Source: Octopus vulgaris (Eukaryota). Taken from it: 64,000 bases of DNA. Made by a program: the position numbers and the translations under genes. The stretch lies in NCBI GenBank assembly GCA_951406725.2, contig OX597817.1, positions 140,430,001 to 140,494,000 on the forward strand, read 5' to 3'. The notes beneath the pieces are model-generated. The model saw only the letters and a program-made list of their open reading frames with translations, had not been told where the DNA came from and searched no databases. Below, piece after piece: positions 26,007 to 39,288 of this stretch. Within the stretch, counting starts at the first letter, position 1, and each line of letters opens with the position of its first letter.

Positions 26007-29000
26007 AAAAGACAAAGAGAGAGTGAGATAGACAGACAGACATAGATATATATAAATAGAGAGAGGGTGATAGATAGATAGATAGATGGTTTATATAATT
26101 TAAGTCGATATTTATAGGCAGCAGACAAACCACTGTTTTTCTGGAAATAGCCAAATTCTTATTAATAAATAAAGATCTCTTCAAAAATTAAGTTGCAAGA
26201 TATTATTTGGTGCTGCCATATTTAATTTCTTTGAAATTGTATTTTGGTGGCTGAATCGTCTAGTTGATTATTGTGGCAGTTGACCTTAGTATCTGTGAAA
26301 GGTCATGCAGAATGTGATGTATGGAATCACCTGTCACTTTATTCACGAGTGGAATACGTTATAAGCTATTTTAAAGTTTGTATCACTTAGTTTTCTATAT
26401 CCAACGATTCTTTAGGGCTGCGTTTGAAACAGTGGAGAAAACTTCTAGTTGTTGAGCCAGTTTGCATTGTAGTTCATTATTGGAACCATTTCCTCTCTCA
26501 CTCTTACATCATTGATGTGAAATGCAAAGAACAAAATCTCAAGCTTCTTGTTGTACACAACACATTCGATGGAAGTTTTTCTCCTCGTTTAACTAGCTTG
26601 TCTTACACGTATTTGTTCTTGGTGGATAGCTGAGCCCTTCTAATCTTATTGTGATATTATGACCGGTTTGTTTAACCCCAGGACGATTATGATTGGACAG
26701 ATCTATAATCAAACGTACACTAAGTATAAACAGCCACCATTCATATTTAAAGACTCCCAGAGACAAACAGCGTAATGTAATTTCAAGGATATTTTAGCTG
26801 TATTTCCAGTAGGTCGGGTGATGCCTTAAGGGCTTCACAATGAGGAACTTTAATACACAGTGGCTCTTGAAGTTCTTCATTGGTAGTTTAATGGTAAATT
26901 TTTGGTGAACTGCAGCTATACTTTCATTTCTATTGAAAACAACTTCATTTGTGTTATTAATACGTAAAATAAAATGAGAAACTAGAAGGCTTCTCTCAAA
27001 ACTATTCGTAACGTTCGTATTTCAAACATCTCCTCGTTGGACCTCTTGTATGAACAAATCCATTTCCAAACTTGTTCTCTCCTCTGATTTTAGAACATGA
27101 CCTTAAATAATAAAATTCTCAGACATTTAGACTGGGAGAATCTTTGAAAAGATTTTATTTTTACCCGTCTCACACGTGTTGTTTGATGATATCAGTTTAT
27201 ATGTTTGTCTACTAATTGCGACTAAATTTTGCCACTTTCCTAAACTTGATGAAATGTTTAAGAAACTCAAAAGAGTTTTGATGAGGATGAGAACCAGCCC
27301 TCACTTTCTCTATGGCGAGCACAAATGACACTAACAAGAAAATAATGCTTTGTTATAGACCTTTCACAAACGTCAATGCATTTTAAACGCTTGTTCCAAT
27401 TCTTAAAATTGAAAACTTCAGAGATTCTATTTCCTGCAATAAATTCTACAGAAAAGTGGATCAGAAAATCGCATACCACCAGACTCCATTCCATAATGAC
27501 GATAAGAGATAGATCGAAGTTTACAAGGTCACACTTTGGTGTGATTAATGGCGTCAGCATTTATCAAACTGTGATAAATGATGCCATTGCTGACAATGAT
27601 ATCAAAAGAGTTCCCATGTCTATTTCGACCGAGTCACTGTTGTTGACAGAACGATTGCGGATGACAATAAAATCTTCACTAACTTTACTTCAATTCTTAC
27701 CAGGTTTATGACATTTCATTGAACAAAGATGGCAATCGTCTTCATCACCAAACAGCCATTTGTTACTTAGGAAACAAAATAGAAATGAATTCTCTGTTAG
27801 ATTTTTTCAGAAAGATTGTAAACCCTCGTCCAGTACCCGACACTCAACAACAATAAGGGATATTAAGTTACTACTTGAAATAGCTGCCTTCTTTTTCGGA
27901 ACGATCCCCGTCTCTATTGAGTCCTTCTTTCTTTCCCTTGCTAAAAGACACTCAGATGCTATTTATTTGCTTAAAACTCCAACAGTTTCTCTTTCTCTCT
28001 CTCTCTTTTTCTCTCTCCTCCCTCTGTCTCTATTTCTCTCTCACACACACGTTCATGCCCACACACATGCACACACACTGATTCCTTTTGAACTACAATC
28101 TCAGTTAACCTTTCAATGTATTAAACCTGTCGATTTCTTCTCCAAGTCTCTTTCTCGCCCTAAACTAAACTTCTCATTCAATTGATGGTATCCTGATCAA
28201 TTTAGGCACCAAAGATGACTTAAATAAACGATGAATAAATAATATCTTCTCTAATTAAATTATAGTTCTATAATAAGGAGAATGACAACGCTAACTCTTT
28301 GTTCAGAAACGCTGCCAGAAAACAATGATGTGAGGCTTTAAATGAATGGCCTGGTATAGTTAGGTTCCGTTTTTGTACGATTACAAACAAGACGAGTCAT
28401 GAAATAATATTTCCCTGGCAGCATTAGCGATCGTCTTTACGGTTTGGCTGTCTGAATACGGAGTAGACATATTCAGATGGTTTAATCTTACATATAAACA
28501 TGAATTAAAAGCCGTTCATGTAAATTCTTTGTTAGAAACCTAGATGCTTCAATTGAAATTGTTCCAGCTTAAGATGTAGCGGTGTCTGGAAGATTGACTT
28601 CCACAAAAAAAAATCTAACGAATTCTGGTTCCACTGAAGAGAGAGTTCCATTGGGAATTGCCGCAATGTTATTGAATTCGTGAAGAATTTTTCCCCCCAC
28701 GTCAACTCTAGGACCGAAGATGGATATTCATTTGATGATTCGAGTCGTTGCACTCGAATAAGCTTGTGAGCAATCCAGCATCGATCAGGTATTTGAAGAA
28801 GATATTACAGATATTTCAAGAGAATGGTGGCAAAACTGTAATTTTCATTTTCAATTTCATAGACTTCACCTAAATGTAAAGTCTAATAAATGCTATTTCC
28901 GGTTTGTATGCATTATGGGAGCCAACTATATGCAACAAATACAGACGTTGGATGTTTTGAGTTGAATCCAAACGATCTTAAATATTTGCCACGTCACAGT

Positions 29001-29026
29001 AATCCGTAATAATTGATTGGTATATA

Positions 29027-29630
29027 AGGCAGAATCAAGCTGGCAGAATCGTTAGCGCGCCGGGCGAAATTTCTAGTGGTATTTTTTCTGCCGTTACGTT
29101 CTGAGTTCAAATTCCGCTGAGGTCGACTTTGCCTTTCATCCTTTCGGGGTCGATTAAATAAGTACCAGTACGCACTGAAGTCGATATAATCGACTTAATC
29201 CATGTGTCTGTCCTTGTTTGTCCCTTCTGTGTTTAGTCCCTTGTGAGTAGTAAAGAAATAGGTATTTCGCCTGCCGTTACGTTCTGAGTTCTAATTCCAC
29301 CGAGGTCGACTTTGCCTTTCATCCATTCGGGGTCGATTAAAAAAGTACCAGTACGCACTGAGGTCGATATAATCGACTTAATCCATGTGTCTGTCCTTGT
29401 TTGTCCCTTCTGTGTTTAGTCCCTTGTGGATAGTAAAGAAATAGGCATTTCGCTTGCCGTTACGTTCTGAGTTCAAATTCCGCCGAAGTCGACTTTGCTT
29501 TTCATCCTTTCGGGGTCGATTAAATAAGTACCAGTTACACACTGGGGTCGATATAATCGACTTAATCCATATGTCTGTCCTTGTTTGTCCTCTCTGTGTT
29601 TAGCCCTCTGTAGGTAGTAAAGAAATAGGT
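29027..29630 (+). mobile_element. Nin/Deu-domain-like SINE trimer
   Basis: Three ~183-bp units; junctions AAAGAAATAG|G(T/C)ATTTCG at ~29261 and ~29444. Confidence 0.85.
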
Positions 29631-30408
29631 ACACAAAGCCTGATGTTTGAAGGGAAAGAAGGACAGGAAGGTTTTATCCGTCCCTTTTTTCTCTGGCAGT
29701 TGCATCAGTGAAGCATTTATAATATTCAACTGCACAACATGATTCCTAGACAAGAAATAGCTAATTACTCGCAGACAGCAAGACCCATTTTCATTTAATG
29801 TCTCATCTGATCCCCCCCACCACCACCACCTTTTATAAATGTCACACAATATCATTTCTCTTTTTTCGTTATTGTTGCTTTTGTTGTTGTTTCTGAGTTT
29901 GGCACAAAGCTAGCAAATTTTCGATGAGGGAAAATAGTCAATAAAGTGGGCCTCGGTACGTGACTGGTATTCATTTTATCGACAGCGAAAGGATGAACAG
30001 TAAATAGATGCCTTCAGCAGGAGTTGAACTCAGAATGTAAAGAGCAAGAAGAAACACTGCAAGGCATTTTCTCCGACGCTGCAACGATTCTGTTTCCGCC
30101 TTGTCACTGTCTTCGTCATGACGATGACGGCGACGACGACGCTTTAAGAAATATGCTGACTTATATAAAAATAAAAAAAAGCAACTTTAAGTTAAGTGAC
30201 TTCAGCTAAGTGGTGTTTAAAAGACGGCGACGAGATATGGCATTGTTGCTGCTAAAATGTACAGATAGATGATTTCAAAACAACATTAAATGTATTTATC
30301 TGTCGAAGCTTTTTATATTCAATTGATTCAAGCGAAGTACAATATCTGATATAGATTAGAGGTGAGGGAAGAATGGAACAGATGATAAAACTATCTTCAA
30401 TAGGAATG

Positions 30409-30447
<39 letters not shown>

Positions 30448-30644
30448 CTTTCTGGATACCAGAGGAAAAGTTGACACTTCACTGTTCTAAACAGACTTGA
30501 ACGCACATACGCACACGCACAAATTACGTATATGCACACATATGCACACAAATTACATACAGACTTATATGTCTATATGTGTGAGTGCGTGTGTGTGCGC
30601 GTCTATGTATACATGTCATTTGTATGTGCATGCATATATATATA

Positions 30645-30690
<46 letters not shown>

Positions 30691-30907
30691 CACATATATA
30701 TACACATTCGCACACATATATAAAATATATACATACATGCATATCTATAGACACTTACATACACACACAGATGCACATATATATATTTATTCATATATAT
30801 GTATGTATGTATGTATGTATATTGTAAAACAGCTGTCACTTGATCACTTTATACAGCAACAGTAAAAATCGAAGAATATTGAGCCGTTTCTGTCGTAGCG
30901 AGCACAG

Positions 30908-30977
<70 letters not shown>

Positions 30978-31544
30978 CAGATGTTGGTATCAATGCCGTT
31001 ATTTTATTTTAATTTATTTTTGCATACTATCTGCTAGCTCACTTATGTTATCTGGGACATAATACATATGGATAAACGTTTATTCCAAGCCTGATACAAG
31101 TTTTATGCTAACCAGGTGTCGCTATTTATATAACACAACCTTTATTTAATACAGTGTCTTCTTTTACTCTGCTTTTTATTTATTTATTTATTTATTTATT
31201 CATTTATTTAGGTTACTTCATTTTATCGTTTGATGGCGGCCGCTTCTAATCGTTCATAATGTTTTATTAAAATATATTGCGTTCATTTTTCGATAGAAAT
31301 TCATCTTTGCTAATTACTTCACTGATTAACGAACAAAAGGCGGTCGATCTAGAAATTGCGTGAAAATCTTTCATCTTTTTTTTATAACGAACACATTTCA
31401 AAGTCCATTGATATTTAAGCAGAAAGAAACTTTCTTGCAATATTCTGCTAATAAAACAATTAAAAGCATCATTCATCGCAAATTTTCTGAAAGGCTTCGA
31501 TAGTTTCTTTTCTTCATTTAGTGCCAGGAAATACTTAACATGAC

Positions 31545-31850
31545 TTTTATTGGTTTCTATTTTTACTAAAAGCTAATAAAAATACAAAATGGCTGACCGT
31601 TAGTAAGGAGAGACACACAAATAGTAAAGAAGAAAGCAAAGGACCACTGATGAGGTCACAGAAGTGTGACGAAAGAACTCTGGCCGAAATAAGATTAAAA
31701 TTAATGTAAAAAATAAATAACGCTGAAGCAAATTAAAACCAAATATATAGTGCGTGTATTTTTATTGGCTAAACTGGCCAAATGACCATTCCTAAATACA
31801 ACAACATCTGTTTCAACACATGATTTCACATCAAGAATCTTGCAAAACAA
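31545..31850 (+). mobile_element. Penelope-terminus-like repeat with hammerhead (31641-31685)
   Basis: GGACCA-CTGATGA-G-GTCACA gaag TGTGAC-GAAAGAACTC-TGGCC. Near-identical inverted copy at 36553-36780. Confidence 0.7.
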
Positions 31851-32029
31851 ATATATAAACGTAATAAAAATTACATTTACTAAATAGGTTTATGGCTACT
31901 TCCAGTGGCGTTATGAAGGAAAGGTTGGCTTCTCAACTAAAGAATTGGGAATTTGTATCTTTCCACTGTTACTGGGTGGCACTTTGAGAAAATGTGCACA
32001 AAGCCTGCCTGACAAGGGAATCGCTACAT

Positions 32030-32074
<45 letters not shown>

Positions 32075-33721
32075 GAGAGAAGTGGAATGGATCCTTCTTT
32101 TATGAAAACGAATTCTGTCTTGTTTTTGCTTACACAAAAATTATTTTTCCCTATTTACTTAGTTCTTTTGCAGAACTCATCGCACTAAGAATCTCTCTTT
32201 CACTCTCTCTGTCTCTTTCTCTCTCTCTCTCTCTTACTCTCTCTCTCTCTCTCTCTCTCACTAGCTCTCTCTCCCTCTCGCTCTTCGTGTGCCGTGTGCT
32301 ATTTGCCCTGGTTACAGGTGTCGCTGACCATGGTCCCCTATGTCCCTCTCTATGCATGTCTTTCTGAAGACGATTTCTACAGCTCTGTAGTATCTTCTTG
32401 TGCCTTTCGTGGCTTTTTCCTTTCAGTTAGTTTCTCGGTTACCAGCAACAGTTCAAGGTTTTGACTTCTTACAAGGTGTCCCACGAACCTAATCTGCTCT
32501 CTTCATATGTCGTTGAGAAATTCGACCAACAGTTGTTCCCCTATCCTCCTAGTGTACCTTCAACTTTCTCCTTAGGACAAAATCTCTGCAGCATTGATAA
32601 GCTGTTGCACTTGTTTGCTGATGTTCCAGGTCCTACAACCACATGTATGGGTGGGTTCTATATATGACCCTCATATTGACAAAATAGCTGAAAATATTAA
32701 AGTTTTCCACCCATATCCTACACCAGTGTTTAGAAATGGAATTAAGAATTTATGTACCTAGCATTGAAATTTTGACGGAAATTCACAGCACAAATTATAA
32801 GTTAACGTAAAAAACCACAGCGACAGTCTACCCTCATCTGAAATAAATATACCCAGAGAAAGTGGGTTATTATTAAGTACCTTGTCTAACTGAAGGATAA
32901 ACTGAATACCAGTCACGTACCGAGGCCCACTTTATTGACTATTTTAAACTTCTAGATCAACCAGCTTCCCCTTGGAGGTGGGGGAGTTTGTCGGCGTTAC
33001 AGGGTACTGAGATCCAATTCTACCTGGAGTTTTTTTTCTCCGTAAGTGAAGGGGGTTGCTTTTATTTATTATTTGTGTTTCATCTATATTTATATTATTT
33101 ATAATTATATACTCATTTATTTATTTATGTATTTTTATTTAAAATTATTAATGTGACCCAAAATATTGCTTAATGTCTCGATTTTACAAAACTGTGTGTT
33201 TATATCTCTGCAGATAGCAAATTTCTCTTTTTGTAGCACGTTGCTGTATGGATAAATGGATTTATGTGACGAAATGAAACGGTTACTATTATTGTTATTG
33301 TTGATGTTGTTGGTCATGATCGGATAGCTATAAACGAGTTCTGGAGAATTTGCAGAGGTTCGAACAACGTTTCGGGTTTTTTTTTTCGCTTATTTTTCCG
33401 AGAAAGGGTTTTAAGTTATTTAATCATTCAAGCCAAGTTCTAAAAGAAGGTTCTCTCTAACCCTAGCCCCGAAGTACTGCGGATCGATATGATCAATAAC
33501 ACCTTCCTTAAAACGGGTAACTTTGTTACTGTGTTATTATTGATTGTAGAATCGGTAAAGAATCAAGAGAAAATCAGTGGAGCGTTGCAAAATGTGCTTT
33601 TGTTATATGTTTCGATACTTTACAGTCTGATTTCAAATACCATCAAAGTAGCCTTCGTCTTTTATCCTTTTGGGCCGTTTAAAAAAGTTACCGTTCAAAA
33701 AAGTTACCATTTATTATTATT

Positions 33722-34058
33722 GGCGCATGGCTCAGTGGTTAGAGCGTCGAGCTTACGATCGTGAGGTTGTGAGCTCGAATCCCGGACCGGGCTGCGTGTT
33801 GTGTTCTTGAGCAAGGCACTTTATTTCACGTTGCTCCAGTTCACTCAGCTGTAGAAATGAGTTGCGACGTCTCTGGTGCCAAGATGTATCGGCCCTTGCT
33901 TTTCCCTTGGATAACACTGGTGGTGTGGAGAGGGGAGGCCGGTATGCATGGGCGACTGCTGGTCTTCCATAAACAACCTTGCCCGGACTTGTGTCTAGGA
34001 GGGTAACTTTCTAGGTGCAATCCCATGGTCATTCATGACCGAAGGGGGTCTTTACCCT
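33722..34058 (+). mobile_element. tRNA-derived SINE (Meta-domain-like body)
   Basis: TGGCTCAGTGGTTAGAGCG...GAGCTCGAATCCC, then GTGTTGTGTTCTTGAGCAAGGCACTT...TTGCTCCAGTTCACTCAGCTGTAGAAATGAGT. Confidence 0.75.
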
Positions 34059-34090
34059 TTATATGCCCTGATGCAGTACCACCAGTTGGA

Positions 34091-34168
<78 letters not shown>

Positions 34169-34169
34169 G

Positions 34170-34850
34170 TTATTATATGTTTGACTTTTGCTTTGTATTT
34201 ATACAAGTTGGCTCCTAGTCTCACCCAGAGACCTAAAGAGACAACAATTTAGAAGTTCATGTTGGTGTCATGCGTAGGGTGTCATGTATTTTGCAAATAG
34301 TATTGTTCTAGAGAATGTTTAAGAAAACGCAAGAAAATTACGAGTTTGTTTTAAACATTGAGATTGTATAGACAGTATTTTAGGTAGGATATGGGCAGTT
34401 CCCATGAGCACTATCTTTTGAATTTTTGCCATTTTGGGGTTTCCTGGTATCTGAGCTAGGTAGCAATCAGCCCTTTTTCCTATCATTCCTAGGGCACCTA
34501 TGACAATAGTTAGTGTTTTAGTCTTGAGGTTCCACATTTTGCCAATTTCTATTTCAAGATCTTTATACTTGCTCAGTTTTTGGTAGTTCTCGACAGCTAC
34601 ATTTATGTCGATTGGGACAGTCATATCAATGAGGAAGCCTACATATTAAAGAGCGGCAGTAGCCCAACATGTTGTGTATGTAAACAACAGAATGAAACCA
34701 TTGATCATGTTGTCTCCATGTGCAGTCTTCTTGTGCCTACAGAGTATCTCAACAGGCATGATAGAGCTGCACAATATATTCACTGGGCAATGCTCAAAAT
34801 CCTGGACCTTGCCCCATGATAAAAACTTGTGGGAACACAAACCACATCCA
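34170..34850 (-). mobile_element. R4/Dong-like non-LTR 3' fragment with inverted 5' segment
   Basis: Minus 34640->34320 encodes the RLE end (IDMTVPIDINV...KLSKYKDLEIEIGKMW...IGALG), with its tail in (TAA)n at 34092-34168. Plus 34640-34850 encodes the upstream CCHC knuckle (CCVCKQQNETIDHVVSMC...RHD...WEHKP). Confidence 0.8.
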
Positions 34851-35257
34851 GTAGATGGATATCGAATGGATTGTACTTTTAATTCCAATACCTCTCGCTT
34901 CTTGCAGAACGTGTCGCTCTGATTCCGCTTCACAGTTACGTTAAGTATACACGTGTGCGAGATACTCAGTCACCTACATGCTAATTCAATGAGCAGGAAG
35001 CTCAGTTGATCGAATGAACTGAATATTCAGGGTAAAAATCGATGGAAATCCACTCCGTATTTTTCTTACAACATGGCGTACTTTTGTAATTTCTAAACAC
35101 TGATTTTATATCACAGTTTCTTTGTTTCTTTTTTACAATGTTTTCATAGATTGTAGAGTTAGCCTCGTGGACATCTGCTAAAATATACAGCTTTGTAGTA
35201 CGATTCCTTCAGAAACATACGTAACACGCTGACTGTTTCTAGTTATTTTGTGTGCCT

Positions 35258-35465
35258 TAATTTATGCAGCGCGTACATGTAAATACATGTTAATACATGA
35301 ATATGTTAGATGTTTATAATTTATGCAGTGGCTGAGCGAATGCATATATGCTATGCGTGAATATTTATTACGTGTTTGTAATTTATGCAATGTGTGTGTT
35401 AATGCATGTTAATATATGAATATTTATGTTATGTCTCTATAATTTATGCAATATGTGCGCGTGCG
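35258..35465. repeat. Diverged ~60-bp minisatellite (~3.5 units)
   Basis: TAATTTATGCA recurs at 35258, 35317, 35379 and 35440. Confidence 0.7.
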
Positions 35466-35626
35466 TGTGAATGCATATTTAATCTATAATTATTTAAATA
35501 TCACAAGAAACACAGCTGTTTCTGAATTGACATATTTCTTCTTCGCAAACAGGAATGAAATTGCTTTTAAAATACATTTGCATGTTTTTATATTTTTATT
35601 ATTATATTCTGTGTCCTCTCCTCCTC

Positions 35627-35900
35627 TGGCCTAGTGGTTAGAGCAGCGGATTCGCGGTCGAGGGATTGCGGGTTCGAATCTCAGACCGGGCGATGTGCGT
35701 GTTTATGAGCGAAACACCTAAGCTCCACGCGGCTCCGGCAGAAGGTAATGGCGAACTTCTGCTGACTCTTTCGCCACAACTTTCTCTCTCCCTCTTTCCT
35801 CCTGCGACGGACCGGCGTTCCGTCCAGGTGTGGAACCCATACGCCAAGAAACCGGGAAACCGGCCCTTATGAGCCAGGCATGGCTCGAGAAGGAATAAAC
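35627..35900 (+). mobile_element. tRNA-derived SINE (head like 21571 family, tail like 2682 family)
   Basis: TGGCCTAGTGGTTAGAGCAGCGG...GGTTCGAATCTC. Tail GAAACCGGGAAACCGGCCC..ATGAGCC shared with ~2875-2905. Confidence 0.7.
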
Positions 35901-36552
35901 AACATATACCGTGGGTTAACATTAGATAATGTGTCAATGTGTCCCTTCTGTTTAGATATATTCTCTAGAAAACCTAATGTAGAGCTAAAAACCCCTTTGT
36001 TACCAATTTGGTTTTTGAAATACATTGCCTTTATTTTAATTAATTGTAGCGGGTGGGATAAAATAACCTCGCGATATTTAAACTGGTGTTTGGAGCATAA
36101 TTTAAAAGGAAATTTAAATGGAGGTTTTAAATTTAGATCAGTTTAAAACCGGAGGTTTGTATCATAAGAGCAACAGAGGTCTCAGACAGTTTGGTATCCC
36201 GGCTAAGCCCAACAAAACGGGCGATTAGTCTCTCCCTGGAGAGACACCAATCTCTCTTAAGTAACATTACTGTCAAGCACCTATTTCCAAATAACCGGGT
36301 GGAACTGAGACAGTCAATCAGTCAACTAGCAATTCATTACTGAATCCACTCACGCATTAATGTTTTTTTCAATTGCAAAGAGGACATCAAACAGAACTAA
36401 AAGCTAATGAACACTTCGTTACTTTTACAGTGCTCTCACTGTGGAACTGAATAAGATCCCGTTCAGATTTTCTTCACCTACCGCGGTCAGCAATGGCTCT
36501 CGCCTTCTTAACTAGTTTATTCTTTAAAATAAATGTATAAATTAGAAAACAT

Positions 36553-36780
36553 TATTGTTGTATTTAGGAATGGTCATTTTGTCAGTTTAGCCAATAAAAA
36601 CACACGCACTATATATTTGGTGTTACTTTGCTTCAGTGTTATTTATTTTTTACATTAATCTTAATCTTATTTCGGCCAGAGTTCTTTCGTCACACTCCTG
36701 TGACCGCATCAGTGGTCCTTTGCTTTCTTCTTTCTTATTTGTGTCTCTCCTTACTAACTGTCAGCTATTTCGTATTTCTA
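36553..36780 (-). mobile_element. Penelope-terminus-like repeat; hammerhead with mutated core
   Basis: Reverse complement of ~31590-31805; core reads CTGATGC (A9 changed) within 36674-36718. Confidence 0.7.
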
Positions 36781-36951
36781 TTGTATGTCTTCATTTGCGC
36801 ATGCGTATACCTCTATGTGTGTCTATGTTTAGTTAGTGTGTGTGTGGGGGAAGTGTCTTTAATATTTGTATCTCCTGTTTATATACGTTCGTGTAATTTG
36901 TTTTTGTTTTTGTTTATTTTTATTTTGTTCATGTGTTTACACTTACTTATA

Positions 36952-36983
<32 letters not shown>

Positions 36984-37034
36984 GTATGTATGTATAATAA
37001 CAACAACAATAATAATAATATTAATTATAATAAA

Positions 37035-37121
<87 letters not shown>

Positions 37122-37559
37122 CATTCTTTTACACCAATTATCTATCACTAATAAAACAAATACTTGTAATACACTGGAAACAGCCTTATTGATTATTTCA
37201 ACTCTTTTCAAAATTCAGTTTTGTTAATATAGATCAGTATTTTCTAAACCAATGAGAGCACTTCCAAGTGACCACTCGTTCTGATAGAAATAACTAACAA
37301 GACACACCCAACCGTCTTAAAAATAGACGACACATTGGATAATGTGGAGCGGGTTACATTATGCTTCAAAAGAACACAACACAACAAAAGACGGGACGAT
37401 CATGGCGAGAATGTCTTTGATCTCAGGTCTGCTCAATAATGGCTGGTTTGAGGGTAAAACGACAGCAACAATGACAAATCAATATTTTATGACTAGGTCA
37501 ATTGATTAAACCCAGAACCTCTTTCAACCATTACGTCAAGTTTGAAATGGTCACTAATA

Positions 37560-37595
<36 letters not shown>

Positions 37596-39082
37596 ACACA
37601 ACTTGTCTCTGTGTTTAGTTAATCAATACACATGTAACATGTTAGATGGCCTATTGTTAAAGCAGCTCACACAGTCGAGTCCTGGAGATGGTATTGATTT
37701 TTCATTCACAGACACCATTAATGTCCTTGAAATAAATAGTCATGAACATCAGCTATACACATCTCACCCACCTATATAAATGCTGACCTACTGTTTAAAC
37801 AAACTACTATATTTGCTTCAAATTCATTATGGTAAAAGAATTGTTTATGGATCGAATCCATATACCAACGTCGTCTTATTCTTTATTTCCGGTTCATCAT
37901 GTCATGATTTATGGGGACATTGCCCCATCATTGGAGCGATTCTTTGAAGCATATTACTTTTTCTGTGAGATTTTGCAAACGGCTTACCCAACCTCTGTGA
38001 ACAGCTTACCCAACCTTTGCGAACAGCTTACCCAACCTTTGCGAATAGTTTAACCAAATTTATATATATTGAGAAAGTTCAAATTTGCAGAAAAAAAAAA
38101 CGACAGGCAAATGAATAACAAGAAGGTGTATTAGTTTGACGCTCGGGAAGAATAGAAAAGCTTTGACGTTTCGAGACTACGTTCTTCGACAGAAAGGATT
38201 AAAAGTGAAAAAATGGGGGGAGAATGAAAAAGACGGAGAGAGAAAAATATGTGTAGAGTTTAACGGTTCAACACATACGCACACATGCACGCACATACAC
38301 ACACACACACACTCACACACATACACACACACGCACATTTATATATATATATATATATATACATATATGTATAATTCTGTCTCTATCTCATTCAATTCGG
38401 CTTCTTTCTGGCATTCGCCTTGATTGATCGCTAGCCATTAAACCTTTTCTTTTATTTTCCCTGTTTATTTCCGTGTTCCTTTCTGCCGACGAGCGTAGGC
38501 TCGAAACGTAAGGCTTTCTCACTTCCCAAGCATTAAACTAATACATCTGTTTGTTGTTTACACACCCACCTTCGTCTTTTGTTTTGTTTATTTTTTTGTA
38601 AATTCCAACTATATATATGTATATATGTGCATACGCACACACACACATATATGCATACGTATACATACACGTATGTATGTATGTATGTATGTATGTATGT
38701 ATGTATGTATGTATGTATGTATGTATGTATGTATGTATGTATGTATGTATGTATGTATGTATGTGTGTGTGTGCGTGCCTGTTCTGGCACATTTAAGTGG
38801 AGATTACTATTATATGTGCATATATGATTAACCGTGTACAAGCATACATGGAATGCCATCAATGAGCTTACGTTTCAGTCATCGGTTCCACACGAAACTC
38901 CGTGTTGTGAATTCAGTTCTATATCAGAAGATAAAGTAAAGTGGAGTGGCTGAGCTACATTATACAATAACAAACGCAGAAAACTTTATCGTTATGTTTA
39001 TATTTTAATGTACACACGTTACAATGAGCCGGCAGCCCATTCTCTTGGTATTCCAGCAAAAGTGCGTGTGCATGCACGCGTG

Positions 39083-39162
<80 letters not shown>

Positions 39163-39200
39163 TAATAAACTGAATGCATTTCTACTGTAAACATCACTTT

Positions 39201-39288
39201 TTCCCTGAAGAAGGAGACGTTCTCTGAAAATGAATGTCAAGATTCATTTTTTACTCGGAGGATTGAACCACTGAAACAGCCGTAGGAA
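39201..39288 (+). ncRNA. Type I hammerhead motif with extended stem II
   Basis: TTCC-CTGAAGA-ag...(AAAATGAAT/ATTCATTTT hairpin)...ct-GAAAC-AGCC-GTA-GGAA. Stem I TTCC/GGAA. Confidence 0.65.

Noticed and set aside
27267-28900. Faint transposase-like peptides on minus (FNFKNWNKRLK, hAT-like; NSLDFFLW, mariner-like)
   Set aside because: Too short and degenerate to support without a profile search.
29027-29630. Regularly spaced repeats resembling a CRISPR array
   Set aside because: Whole ~183-bp units repeat with no unique spacers; eukaryotic SINE multimer and no cas genes.
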